A stretch of 8,827 nt of DNA, taken from a virus. Lineage: Duplodnaviria > Heunggongvirae > Uroviricota > Caudoviricetes. The stretch is from IMG/VR virus record IMGVR_UViG_2667527792_000005. One strand, given 5' to 3'. The position numbers were made by a program, and so were the translations under genes. The notes below the pieces were generated by a model, which saw only the letters and a program-made list of their open reading frames with translations, was not told the origin of the DNA and ran no database searches. This document shows positions 1 through 7,412 of this stretch, piece by piece. The number at the start of each line of letters is the position of its first letter. Positions within the stretch are counted from its first letter, which is position 1.

Positions 1-101
1 ATACTTTGCTGCATCCGCGTTGATCCCTGATGCAGGGTGTTCCACCACTCCACGGAGTAATGAATAATCGGCAGATTCACCACGCCAATCAGCACCAGGG
101 T
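1..101 (-). pseudogene. ccmC: Internal shard of a ccmC-like gene (cytochrome c heme exporter CcmC); runs off the window start and is cut at ~99-104
   Basis: Minus-strand translation [32 protein letters not shown] matches the C-terminal WWNTLHQ region of E. coli CcmC as I recall it. Immediately 5' of this (plus >101) the translation becomes [26 protein letters not shown], which does not match CcmC, with in-frame stops beyond. Confidence 0.55.
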
Positions 102-212
102 CGCGCCAATGACCTCGCCGGTCTTAACAATTTGCACATTCCCGTCGCTCATCAAGTTTTTCGCATCAGATCCCATGATTTATTCCTTTGCTGCATCTGT
201 GTGCCTTTATTG

Positions 213-2069
213 CTACCTAAGTGTAAAGGCTACGGAGGATTTATCCACGACAGATTTGAGATGGTGGCAAACAACTCTGTTTACTATGTCTTCTACGATT
301 ACGGGATCTGCGACTTCGCCAGTTTCATCACTGCAATCGCGATGCGGATCGCTGCCAGCATTCTCATTGTGCGGATGTTCAGCGCCTTCCATTTCCTCCG
401 GATCATTTTCCTTAGCTTCAACCTGACTCTCTTCATCGAATGTTTCCTGGTATGTTGCGTCGCCCATCACCGCACCACAGTCAGGGCAGTTATCCCCGCC
501 AGTCTGGCCGCAGGCATTGCAGGCTATTTCCGGTTCCTGTTGCACTACTGGCTCAGGTTGATTCATATCTGGGCTGGTTTTTTCCGTTTCTGGCTGGTTC
601 TGGTACACACAATCGCGAGTCTGGATCCCCTTTACCCATTTCGGATCGTTCGGGTCGCTAATTCCGTCAACAAATTCACCACGTGATGCAGCAAGCAATT
701 TATCGGCATCGACAGGATTTTTTGATGGAATGTTTTTCCGGGCTTCATGGAGTTCTGCCCGCAGTTCCTGATATTTCGCATCAACAGAATTTACCTGTGA
801 CTGAGCATCCAGCGGCTGCGTGTCCTGATGATGTTCAGTTGCGTCCGGTTCCATTGTTTCAGCCTCTCCCTGTTCAACTGCCGTTGTTCCAGATGGTTGC
901 GGTTTTTCTTCATCATCCTGTTTTCCTTCTTCTGTTACTCGCTGCGGCATCGGGGCAGAGGAGCGACCGCAGGCAATATCCACGATTTCCGGATCAGGGT
1001 TGGCATGATCGGTTTCAGTCAGTACTTTGTTCAGATATTCAGTGACGTGCGCGGGGATGACCTCGATCCCAATTGGTGCTTCTTTTACGGACGCAACCAC
1101 GATGGCGCGGGAATAATCCAGCCCGCCAGGCATGGTGATGAATTTGTCGCGGAAAACAGAAAAGGGCGGTTTATTTTCAGCGATAATTTCCTCAATGCGT
1201 TTAGCGTGTGCCGGATGAAGGTTATAGATGTCCAGATCCATTGAACGGGCCAGTACGCCAGTGGCTACGTCGCGCGCCAGTGACGTCAGATCGTGTACGA
1301 AACCTTCGCCGCGATCGGTGAGGTTTCCGCCGCCAGCATTAGCACCGGAAGCCGTGCAAGTGATGTGTGAAACACGATTACCCTTCATCCACTCTTTTGT
1401 CAGCAGTCCTCGATCGGTGTAGTCAGCGTTCAGGTATGCTTCGAAAAAAGCAGTTATCAGTCCCAGGTTTGAATTACCAGGATTAGGGAAAACTTTGTCA
1501 GTGTCACGAACCAGTTTGTGGAGTTCGCGAATTTCCAGCGGGTCGAGCAGGCTGGTTTTGTGGGAAACAGCCAGGGCAGTAACAGCCGGTAGTTCTTCAG
1601 CCCGAGCAATGTGTAATGCCTGGAGTCCGTCGCGTGAAACGTGCGTTACCGGTTTTTCGCTGCCGTGTTGAGCAAGCCAACGAATGGGCAGTTCCTGGCC
1701 AGAAATTGGGAGTAGCATATTCTCCTCAATCTCAGTCATGTCTTCGCCGTTGACGTTGGTATTGCCTTGATAGTGAGCGTTGTCTGGTGCTGCTCCCGGT
1801 TTTAGTTCCCATGTCATGGAGTCTTTGCTGAGTTGATAGCGTTCACTCCAGGTAAAATCGATCTCACCTTCAGCGGGCAGGTCATTAACGACAGGAAAAT
1901 TCGTGGCAACAGCTTTAAAATAGCTGCTCAGTTTTTTACCTGACTTAACGATCAGGTAGTCCAGAGTGGCACAGGTCGATTCAAAATCGTTGCTTGCCCA
2001 CAGGACGACGTCAGGTTCACCGGATGATTTTTTCGCTTTCCGTAACAGGAAGAGTGGTTTTGTGCTCAT
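213..2069 (-). CDS. recE: recE 5' portion: Rac-prophage exodeoxyribonuclease VIII N-terminal region. ORF is 618 codons versus 866 aa for the K-12 protein as I recall it; the C-terminal nuclease domain is absent. Similarity to RecE appears to end near plus 285; the last ~23 codons ([23 protein letters not shown]) look foreign
   Basis: Six-frame track ORF; N-terminus [30 protein letters not shown]... recognised as RecE; sits directly downstream of racC-ydaE-kilR in the known Rac order; acidic low-complexity middle and a [16 protein letters not shown]ys4 motif. Downstream in the same frame are stops at 213-215, 207-209 and 180-182. Confidence 0.8.
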   Translation of the reverse strand: MSTKPLFLLRKAKKSSGEPDVVLWASNDFESTCATLDYLIVKSGKKLSSYFKAVATNFPVVNDLPAEGEIDFTWSERYQLSKDSMTWELKPGAAPDNAHYQGNTNVNGEDMTEIEENMLLPISGQELPIRWLAQHGSEKPVTHVSRDGLQALHIARAEELPAVTALAVSHKTSLLDPLEIRELHKLVRDTDKVFPNPGNSNLGLITAFFEAYLNADYTDRGLLTKEWMKGNRVSHITCTASGANAGGGNLTDRGEGFVHDLTSLARDVATGVLARSMDLDIYNLHPAHAKRIEEIIAENKPPFSVFRDKFITMPGGLDYSRAIVVASVKEAPIGIEVIPAHVTEYLNKVLTETDHANPDPEIVDIACGRSSAPMPQRVTEEGKQDDEEKPQPSGTTAVEQGEAETMEPDATEHHQDTQPLDAQSQVNSVDAKYQELRAELHEARKNIPSKNPVDADKLLAASRGEFVDGISDPNDPKWVKGIQTRDCVYQNQPETEKTSPDMNQPEPVVQQEPEIACNACGQTGGDNCPDCGAVMGDATYQETFDEESQVEAKENDPEEMEGAEHPHNENAGSDPHRDCSDETGEVADPVIVEDIVNRVVCHHLKSVVDKSSVAFTLR

Positions 2070-2142
2070 TGTTTTTTAACCTCAACTCAGATTAAAATTC
2101 GTTTTGTTCAGTGAATGATCTTGCCGGATACACACTGTTCAT

Positions 2143-2163
2143 AGCCTGCGCCATACGCAGGCT
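2143..2163 (-). promoter_or_regulatory. Perfect 8-bp-stem hairpin (agcctgcg-ccata-cgcaggct) in the racC-recE intergenic region; not followed by a U-tract on the minus transcript
   Basis: Inverted repeat read directly from the sequence at 2143-2150 and 2156-2163, lying between the racC stop (2171) and the recE start (2069). Confidence 0.4.
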
Positions 2164-2170
2164 ATTTCTT

Positions 2171-2446
2171 TCAGATTTCACCTTTTAATTTCATTGCAAT
2201 TAGAGTTGCCAGAAATTCGGCTTTTTTTTCTGCGGGCAGATTCTTTCCGATATGCACCAGGCACATTTTTTTGACACCTTCATCAAGTGTTTTTACGTTG
2301 CCTGATGGACCATCGATATCAACCACAGTGAATGGGGTTTCTTTATTTTCTGTTTTAATTACGTAGCCAATGCGCTTTCCTTCCAGATTCACCTCGTGAA
2401 CAATGTCATCGGTAGTTACAACAGTGGCTTCATAATTGGTAATCAT
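2171..2446 (-). CDS. racC: RacC, Rac prophage small protein (91 aa)
   Basis: Translation MITNYEATVVTTDDIVHEVNLEGKRIGYVIKTENKETPF...MKLKGEI, 91 aa, matches RacC as recalled. Start chosen at the ATG preceded by AAGGAG with 6-nt spacing (plus 2444-2446), not the longer track ORF starting at 2494. Confidence 0.8.
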   Translation of the reverse strand: MITNYEATVVTTDDIVHEVNLEGKRIGYVIKTENKETPFTVVDIDGPSGNVKTLDEGVKKMCLVHIGKNLPAEKKAEFLATLIAMKLKGEI

Positions 2447-2520
2447 GTTTTTCTCCTTAATTAAGGTTGAGCGAATACCTGCCATTTCTGGCATAAATTC
2501 AGTTTCGAATAGTCAATTAA

Positions 2521-2691
2521 TTAAAGTTCATGTGCCATCTGGTCTTTTTCGGCACAAGCTTCACTGCAATATTTTCTCGGTTCGTCTTTTGATAAAATCC
2601 CGTGCATGAAGTGAAGCATTCTTTCAATAGCTTTGCTTTCTTCAACGTCTTTTTTGCAAAGGTGGTAAGCACATTTTATTTTCTTAGTCAT
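2521..2691 (-). CDS. ydaE: YdaE, Rac prophage small Cys-rich (zinc-binding-like) protein, 56 aa
   Basis: Minus-strand translation [56 protein letters not shown] (56 aa). Its ATG (2689-2691) overlaps the kilR stop (2691-2693) by 1 nt. Missed by the >=60-aa ORF track. Confidence 0.75.
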   Translation of the reverse strand: MTKKIKCAYHLCKKDVEESKAIERMLHFMHGILSKDEPRKYCSEACAEKDQMAHEL

Positions 2692-2912
2692 CACCATGAC
2701 TCCGCCTTTACAGGTAAACCATCACGACCGAGGAAGACTTTAATCATGCGGTCAGTAATGAATGTTTTTGTGGTCAGGTTACGAATATATAGTTTTCGCT
2801 TTTTAATATTGTTTGCCGAGGCAATATATGTCCGGCCTTCATGAAGAACATAATCGCCAGGAGTCACACACTGACGTGGTATTTCATCAGTTCCGAAGTG
2901 ATGTGCAATCAT
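2691..2912 (-). CDS. kilR: KilR, Rac prophage killing protein (cell-division/FtsZ inhibitor), 73 aa
   Basis: Translation [73 protein letters not shown]. Start at the second ATG (2910-2912), which has GGAG 8 nt upstream; the track ORF starts 4 codons earlier. Confidence 0.85.
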
Positions 2913-3353
2913 AATTATCTCCATTTTTACAAATGAACTTTGTTGATGCGGTGTCTGGTGCCTCCAGGTGACTGCAACCAGTTAACAATTACAGTCGGCT
3001 TTCCCACCCAAACCAATAAGGACTAACATGACTTTTAACTGTGCCACGTGCGCTTAGCCGCATTCACCGCATCACAAAATTCACTTTAAAAAGGGCGGAC
3101 ATCAGCCGAACTTCAAGAAAAAAACTGATGCCGCCAGGACTACACACAGCAATGTCGTTATTTACAACCGGAGGCGCACTCCCTCCATTTAAATTTAACA
3201 GACAAGACCGACTCTTTATGGATATCGGAAATGCGCCTTCGTGTTGTGCCCGGTTTTATTTCACCACCTCCGGGCTTCGGTGGTCTCGGCTATACCCCTA
3301 CAGCGAGAGCTTGTGTTAACATTTCAATACCCTTACAGTTGAGAGTTATTGAT

Positions 3354-3842
3354 ATGTTGGATGTATTTACTCCATTGTTGAAACTTTTTGCTAACGAGCC
3401 ACTCGAAAGACTTATGTATACGATTATCATTTTTGGTCTCACTCTCTGGCTGATACCGAAAGAGTTTACTGTCGCATTCAATGCTTATACTGAAATACCT
3501 TGGCTCTTTCAGATTATCGTTTTTGCCTTTTCTTTCGTGGTCGCCATTTCCTTCTCAAGATTGCGAGCACATATTCAAAAGCATTATTCATTACTACCAG
3601 AGCAACGAGTATTGCTTCGTTTATCTGAGAAAGAAATCGCTGTATTTAAAGATTTCCTTAAAACAGGAAATCTTATTATCACTTCTCCTTGCCGTAACCC
3701 GGTTATGAAAAAATTAGAACGGAAGGGCATCATTCAACATCAGAGTGATAGCGCAAACTGTTCTTATTATCTCGTCACCGAAAAATACTCCCATTTTATG
3801 AAGTTATTCTGGAACAGCAGGAGTAGACGTTTTAATCGTTAG
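3354..3842 (+). CDS. sieB: SieB, superinfection exclusion protein B (Rac prophage), 162 aa, two predicted transmembrane helices
   Basis: Translation MLDVFTPLLKLFANEPLERLMYTIIIFGLTLWLIPKEF...FWNSRSRRFNR. Start at ATG 3354 with GAGAG upstream; the track's 203-aa version (3231) is an unsupported N-terminal extension. Confidence 0.85.
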   Translation: MLDVFTPLLKLFANEPLERLMYTIIIFGLTLWLIPKEFTVAFNAYTEIPWLFQIIVFAFSFVVAISFSRLRAHIQKHYSLLPEQRVLLRLSEKEIAVFKDFLKTGNLIITSPCRNPVMKKLERKGIIQHQSDSANCSYYLVTEKYSHFMKLFWNSRSRRFNR

Positions 3843-3994
3843 CTTACTGTGTGCTTCTCCAACCATCGGCGCGCACCAGTTTCGGTTTTAAATGTTTTGC
3901 TTTTGGTATACGTCATGGCAGTGAACGTTCCATCCTGGTTGGGGAACACGCCGCACACCAGGGATTCGTTGTTGCCGAGGTCGATTTTTTGCAT
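3839..3994 (-). CDS. ydaF: YdaF, Rac prophage small protein, 51 aa
   Basis: Minus-strand translation MQKIDLGNNESLVCGVFPNQDGTFTAMTYTKSKTFKTETGARRWLEKHTVS. Convergent 4-bp overlap with the sieB stop. Below the track size cutoff. Confidence 0.7.
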   Translation of the reverse strand: MQKIDLGNNESLVCGVFPNQDGTFTAMTYTKSKTFKTETGARRWLEKHTVS

Positions 3995-4004
3995 TTTGCG
4001 AATC

Positions 4005-4139
4005 TCACATCTTGTTGCTACGTATAGCGACTTCTGCCTGCCAGAGATCCCAGTCGTTGCTGCGTAAAGCCTGCACAGCCTGGTTGTAAGTGATACCGCA
4101 ACAATCCATCAAATACTGAACTACTTCGTAATGCACCAT
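4005..4139 (-). CDS. ydaG: YdaG, Rac prophage small protein, 44 aa
   Basis: Minus-strand translation MVHYEVVQYLMDCCGITYNQAVQALRSNDWDLWQAEVAIRSNKM, preceded by AGGGGAGAG 5 nt upstream. It is the 3' end of the track ORF 4005..4361, whose upstream part is read-through across N's. Confidence 0.7.
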   Translation of the reverse strand: MVHYEVVQYLMDCCGITYNQAVQALRSNDWDLWQAEVAIRSNKM

Positions 4140-4152
4140 CTTATCTCTCCCC

Positions 4153-4201
4153 TTAACGCCGGGTGGCGGAACTAACTGCTGCACTGCAAAATTTGAATCC
4201 C
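4153..4201 (-). pseudogene. racR: Possible 3' tip of racR (Rac repressor), cut by NN at 4202-4203
   Basis: Minus-strand frame ends ...GFKFCSAAVSSATRR-stop immediately upstream of the ydaG RBS. Identity inferred from Rac gene order only; the sequence is not recognised from memory. Confidence 0.25.
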
Positions 4202-4203
4202 NN
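4202..4203. other. Two ambiguous bases (NN) at the breakpoint between the Rac block and an unrelated shard
   Basis: Literal n characters; the sequence context changes completely across them. Confidence 0.9.
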
Positions 4204-4285
4204 CGCGTCGGAGAGGTAATTTTTGCCGGTTTCGCCGTCGCTGAGCGCCAGTTGCCACTCATCGCCCGCCGGGTAAAGACCAAGG
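4204..4285 (-). other. Unassigned 82-bp coding-like shard (minus frame LGLYPAGDEWQLALSDGETGKNYLSDA)
   Basis: Open minus-strand frame with protein-like composition, but no start or stop inside the shard; bounded by NN on one side and the garR shard on the other. Confidence 0.3.
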
Positions 4286-4458
4286 TGAGCGGCGGTGAAC
4301 CGAAAGCCATCGACGGTACGCTGTCAGTGATGGTGGGCGGCGACAAGGCTATTTTCGACAAATACTATGATTTGATGAAAGCGATGGCGGGTTCCGTGGT
4401 GCATACCGGGGAAATCGGTGCAGGTAACGTCACCAAACTGGCAAATCAGGTCATTGTT
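4286..4458 (+). pseudogene. garR: Internal shard of garR (tartronate semialdehyde reductase, 3-hydroxyisobutyrate dehydrogenase family), ~57 codons
   Basis: Translation VSGGEPKAIDGTLSVMVGGDKAIFDKYYDLMKAMAGSVVHTGEIGAGNVTKLANQVIV matches GarR, not GlxR. The conserved DAP preceding VSGG is absent in all frames upstream, so the 5' breakpoint is at ~4285/4286; the 3' end is at N 4459. Confidence 0.7.
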
Positions 4459-4459
4459 N

Positions 4460-4594
4460 AAGACGTTGTTCCAGTGTTTTAATACTATGGCTAATGGCGG
4501 ACGAGGATAAGCCTAATTCATCGCCCGCTGCACGAAAGCTTTGATTACGGGCCACGGCAAAGAAAGTGGCAAAGTCAGACATATTCATCCGCAT
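4460..4594 (-). pseudogene. ycaN: 5' end (45 codons, HTH domain) of the LysR-family regulator ycaN, truncated at N 4459
   Basis: Minus-strand translation MRMNMSDFATFFAVARNQSFRAAGDELGLSSSAISHSIKTLEQRL is a typical LysR N-terminal helix-turn-helix; divergent from ycaK as in K-12. Confidence 0.75.
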
Positions 4595-4617
4595 TAGTGA
4601 AAATCCTTCATTAACTC

Positions 4618-4643
4618 ATCCTGAATCATCACGTTTACAGGAT
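4618..4643. promoter_or_regulatory. Inverted repeat ATCCTG-N14-CAGGAT in the ycaN/ycaK divergent intergenic region; candidate LysR-type binding site
   Basis: Arms read directly at 4618-4623 and 4638-4643; located in the 99-bp divergent promoter region between a LysR regulator and its neighbour. Confidence 0.35.
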
Positions 4644-4693
4644 TATGCCGCCTGCGTAAAGTGCGCTCCAGAACTTAACGTGGAGGTAAAATT

Positions 4694-5284
4694 ATGCAGT
4701 CTGAACGTATTTATTTGGTATGGGCCCATCCTCGTCATGATTCATTGACCGCACATATTGCTGATGCGATCCATCAGCGGGCAATGGAGCGGAAAATACA
4801 GGTGACGGAACTCGATTTATATCGGCGTAATTTCAACCCGGTGATGACGTCGGAAGATGAACCAGACTGGAAGAATATGGATAAACGTTATTCTCCAGAG
4901 GTTCATCAGCTTTATTCAGAGCTGCTTGAGCATGACACGTTAGTGGTGGTTTTTCCTCTCTGGTGGTACAGCTTCCCGGCAATGCTAAAAGGATATATTG
5001 ACAGAGTATGGAATAATGGGCTGGCTTATGGAGATGGGCACAAATTACCATTCAATAAAGTTCGTTGGGTGGCGCTGGTTGGAGGAGACAAAGAATCATT
5101 TGTCCAGATAGGCTGGGAAAAAAATATAAGCGATTATTTAAAAAATATGTGCAGTTATCTTGGTATTGAAGATGCCGATGTCACTTTCTTGTGTAATACA
5201 GTGGTATTCGATGGGGAAGAACTTCACGCGAGCTATTATCAGTCGTTATTATCTCAGGTACGGGATATGGTAGATGCACTATAA
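4694..5284 (+). CDS. ycaK: YcaK, flavodoxin-like NAD(P)H:quinone oxidoreductase family protein, 196 aa
   Basis: Track ORF; GGAGG 8 nt upstream of the ATG; translation MQSERIYLVWAHPRHDSLTAHIADAIHQRAMERK...; neighbour of pflA as in K-12. Confidence 0.9.
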   Translation: MQSERIYLVWAHPRHDSLTAHIADAIHQRAMERKIQVTELDLYRRNFNPVMTSEDEPDWKNMDKRYSPEVHQLYSELLEHDTLVVVFPLWWYSFPAMLKGYIDRVWNNGLAYGDGHKLPFNKVRWVALVGGDKESFVQIGWEKNISDYLKNMCSYLGIEDADVTFLCNTVVFDGEELHASYYQSLLSQVRDMVDAL

Positions 5285-5323
5285 GATGTGTTAAAAACGC
5301 TGTAGCAGAATGAAGTGCGGAAT

Positions 5324-5357
5324 AAAAAAGCGGCAACTCAATAAAGTTGCCGCTTTA
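5324..5357. terminator. Bidirectional rho-independent terminator between convergent ycaK and pflA
   Basis: aaaaaa-GCGGCAACT-caataa-AGTTGCCGC-ttt: 9-bp perfect stem with an A-tract on one side and a T-tract on the other. Confidence 0.75.
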
Positions 5358-5365
5358 CGGGGAAA

Positions 5366-6106
5366 TTAGAACATTACCTTATGACCGTACTGCTCAAGAA
5401 TGCCTTTCACGCGTTCCATGGTCTCTTTCTTAGGTGGTTTAACACCGTCGAGTTTGTACTCTTCACCCATTGCCACCCATTTGTGTTTGCCCAGCTCGTG
5501 GTAGGGGAGGAGTTCGATTTTCTCAACGTTGCCCATATCACGGGTAAATTCACCGAGGCGATGCGCTGAATCGTCATCGTCAGACCAGCCTGGGACAACA
5601 ACGTAGCGGATCCACACCTTCACATTTTTGTTCGCCAGATATTTGGCGAACTCCAGCGTGCGGTGGTTGGAAACTCCAACCAGATTTTGGTGGATCTCGT
5701 CGTTCATCTGTTTGAGATCGAGCATTACCAGGTCGGTTACTTCCAGCAGTTCATCAATCACCGGATCGTAACGACGAACAAAACCGTTGGTGTCCAGACA
5801 GGTATGAATGCCTTCTTTTTTGCAGGCGCGGAACCAGTCACGAACAAACTCAGCTTGTAGGATTGCCTCACCGCCGGATGCGGTAACGCCGCCGCCGGAA
5901 GCGTTCATAAAGTGGCGATAGGTCACCACCTCTTTCATTAAATCTTCAACGGTAACTTCTTTACCGCCATGCGTATCCCAGGTGTCGCGGTTATGACAAT
6001 ACAGGCAGCGCATCAGGCAGCCCTGGAAAAAGGTGATAAAGCGAATACCTGGGCCGTCTACGGTTCCACAGGATTCAAAGGAGTGAATGCGACCAATAAC
6101 TGACAT
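5366..6106 (-). CDS. pflA: PflA, pyruvate formate-lyase activating enzyme (radical SAM), 246 aa
   Basis: Translation [41 protein letters not shown]... with the CxxxCxxC radical-SAM motif. Start at ATG 6104-6106 (GGAGAAA upstream), 9 codons inside the track's longer ORF. Confidence 0.95.
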   Translation of the reverse strand: MSVIGRIHSFESCGTVDGPGIRFITFFQGCLMRCLYCHNRDTWDTHGGKEVTVEDLMKEVVTYRHFMNASGGGVTASGGEAILQAEFVRDWFRACKKEGIHTCLDTNGFVRRYDPVIDELLEVTDLVMLDLKQMNDEIHQNLVGVSNHRTLEFAKYLANKNVKVWIRYVVVPGWSDDDDSAHRLGEFTRDMGNVEKIELLPYHELGKHKWVAMGEEYKLDGVKPPKKETMERVKGILEQYGHKVMF

Positions 6107-6229
6107 TGCGGTGTTTCTCCAGATGTGGCCCATCTGAGGCCGTGTTGGTGCGCAGCTCGAAGGCTACGTCGAGTCTGTTTTGGCAGTCACCTTAAAGTAT
6201 AGATAGCTGACAAAAAAGGCTCTCGTGCT

Positions 6230-6258
6230 AAAAAAGGCCCCACTTTCGTGGAGCCTTT
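6230..6258 (-). terminator. Candidate rho-independent terminator downstream of pflB (minus transcript GGCUCCAC-gaaa-GUGGGGCC then U-run)
   Basis: 8-bp stem with one G-U pair followed by six T on the transcribed strand, ~40 nt after the pflB stop. Confidence 0.6.
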
Positions 6259-6297
6259 ATTGTACGCTTTTTACTGTACGATTTCAGTCAAATCTAA

Positions 6298-7357
6298 TTA
6301 CATAGATTGAGTGAAGGTACGAGTAATAACGTCCTGCTGCTGTTCTTTAGTCAGCGAGTTGAAACGTACTGCGTAGCCAGATACACGGATGGTCAGCTGC
6401 GGATATTTTTCCGGGTTTTCCATCGCGTCGAGCAGCATTTCACGGTTCATCACGTTAACGTTCAGGTGCTGACCACCTTCGATGGATGCTTCGTGGTGGA
6501 AGTAACCATCCATCAGACCAGCCAGGTTGGTCTTACGAACTTCGTCGTCTTTACCCAGTGCGTTCGGAACGATAGAGAAGGTGTAGGAGATACCATCTTT
6601 AGCGTAAGCAAACGGCAGTTTAGCAACGGAAGTCAGAGACGCTACAGCACCTTTCTGGTCACGACCGTGCATCGGGTTAGCACCCGGTCCGAACGGCGCG
6701 CCAGCACGACGACCGTCTGGGGTGTTACCAGTTTTCTTACCATACACAACGTTAGAAGTGATGGTCAGAACAGACTGAGTCGGGATAGCGTCACGGTAGG
6801 TGTGCAGTTTCTGAATTTTCTTCATGAAACGTTCTACCAGGTCAACAGCCAGGTCATCTACACGCGGATCATTGTTACCAAACTGCGGGTATTCGCCTTC
6901 GATTTCGAAGTCGATAGCCAGACCGTCTTCGTCACGAATCGGTTTAACTTTCGCATATTTGATTGCAGACAGGGAGTCAGCAGCAACGGACAGACCAGCG
7001 ATACCACACGCCATGGTGCGGATAACGTCACGGTCGTGCAGCGCCATCAGAGAGGCTTCGTAGCTGTACTTGTCGTGCATGTAGTGGATGATGTTCAGTG
7101 CAGTGATGTACTGTTTAGCCAGCCAGTCCATGAAGTGATCCATGCGCTCCATCACTTCATCATAGTTCAGGACATCGCCTTTGATCGGTTCAGACTTCGG
7201 ACCAACCTGCATTTTCAGTTTTTCGTCAACGCCGCCGTTGATTGCGTACAGCATGGTTTTCGCCAGGTTTGCACGCGCACCGAAGAACTGCATTTGTTTA
7301 CCAACGATCATCGGGCTTACGCAGCAAGCAATAGCGTAGTCATCGTTGTTGAAGTCC
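6298..7357 (-). CDS. pflB: pflB 3' portion: C-terminal 353 codons of pyruvate formate-lyase, truncated at N 7358
   Basis: Translation ...[31 protein letters not shown]...[29 protein letters not shown] includes the Cys-Cys active site and the glycyl-radical RVSGYAV motif (Gly codon at 6376-6378). The open frame continues right up to the N, after which unrelated sequence follows. Confidence 0.93.
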
Positions 7358-7358
7358 N
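7358..7358. other. Ambiguous base (N) at the breakpoint between pflB and unrelated sequence
   Basis: Literal n; pflB frame is intact to 7357, then the context changes. Confidence 0.9.
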
Positions 7359-7412
7359 GAGGATTTTGTTATTGAAATTCTTTGCGCCACCAATGCTCTC
7401 TTTGTATCCCGC

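Noticed and set aside
30-686. 218-aa plus-strand ORF (and the overlapping 109..426 ORF)
   Set aside because: Antisense to recE and running through two breakpoints (ccmC shard and unassigned block); hydrophobic junk-like translation with no RBS.
683-1422. Plus-strand ORFs 683..1045, 828..1244 and 1228..1422
   Set aside because: All overlap recE on the opposite strand; Pro/Leu/Arg-rich antisense artefacts.
3041-3319. 92-aa plus-strand ORF in the kilR-sieB intergenic region
   Set aside because: Begins with GTG, has no RBS, Arg/Pro-rich composition, and overlaps the sieB promoter region and start.
3231-3353. N-terminal 41-codon extension of sieB (203-aa track ORF)
   Set aside because: Extension has no RBS and lies in the intergenic region; the internal ATG at 3354 has a Shine-Dalgarno sequence and yields the 162-aa SieB.
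4252-4482. 76-aa plus-strand ORF and 118-aa minus-strand ORF 4005..4361
   Set aside because: Both are read-through composites spanning N's and breakpoints; only the garR shard (plus) and ydaG (minus) parts are real coding sequence.
5381-5860. Small plus-strand ORFs 5381..5569 and 5663..5860, and minus-strand 5407..5601
   Set aside because: Overlap pflA in other frames or antisense; no independent support.
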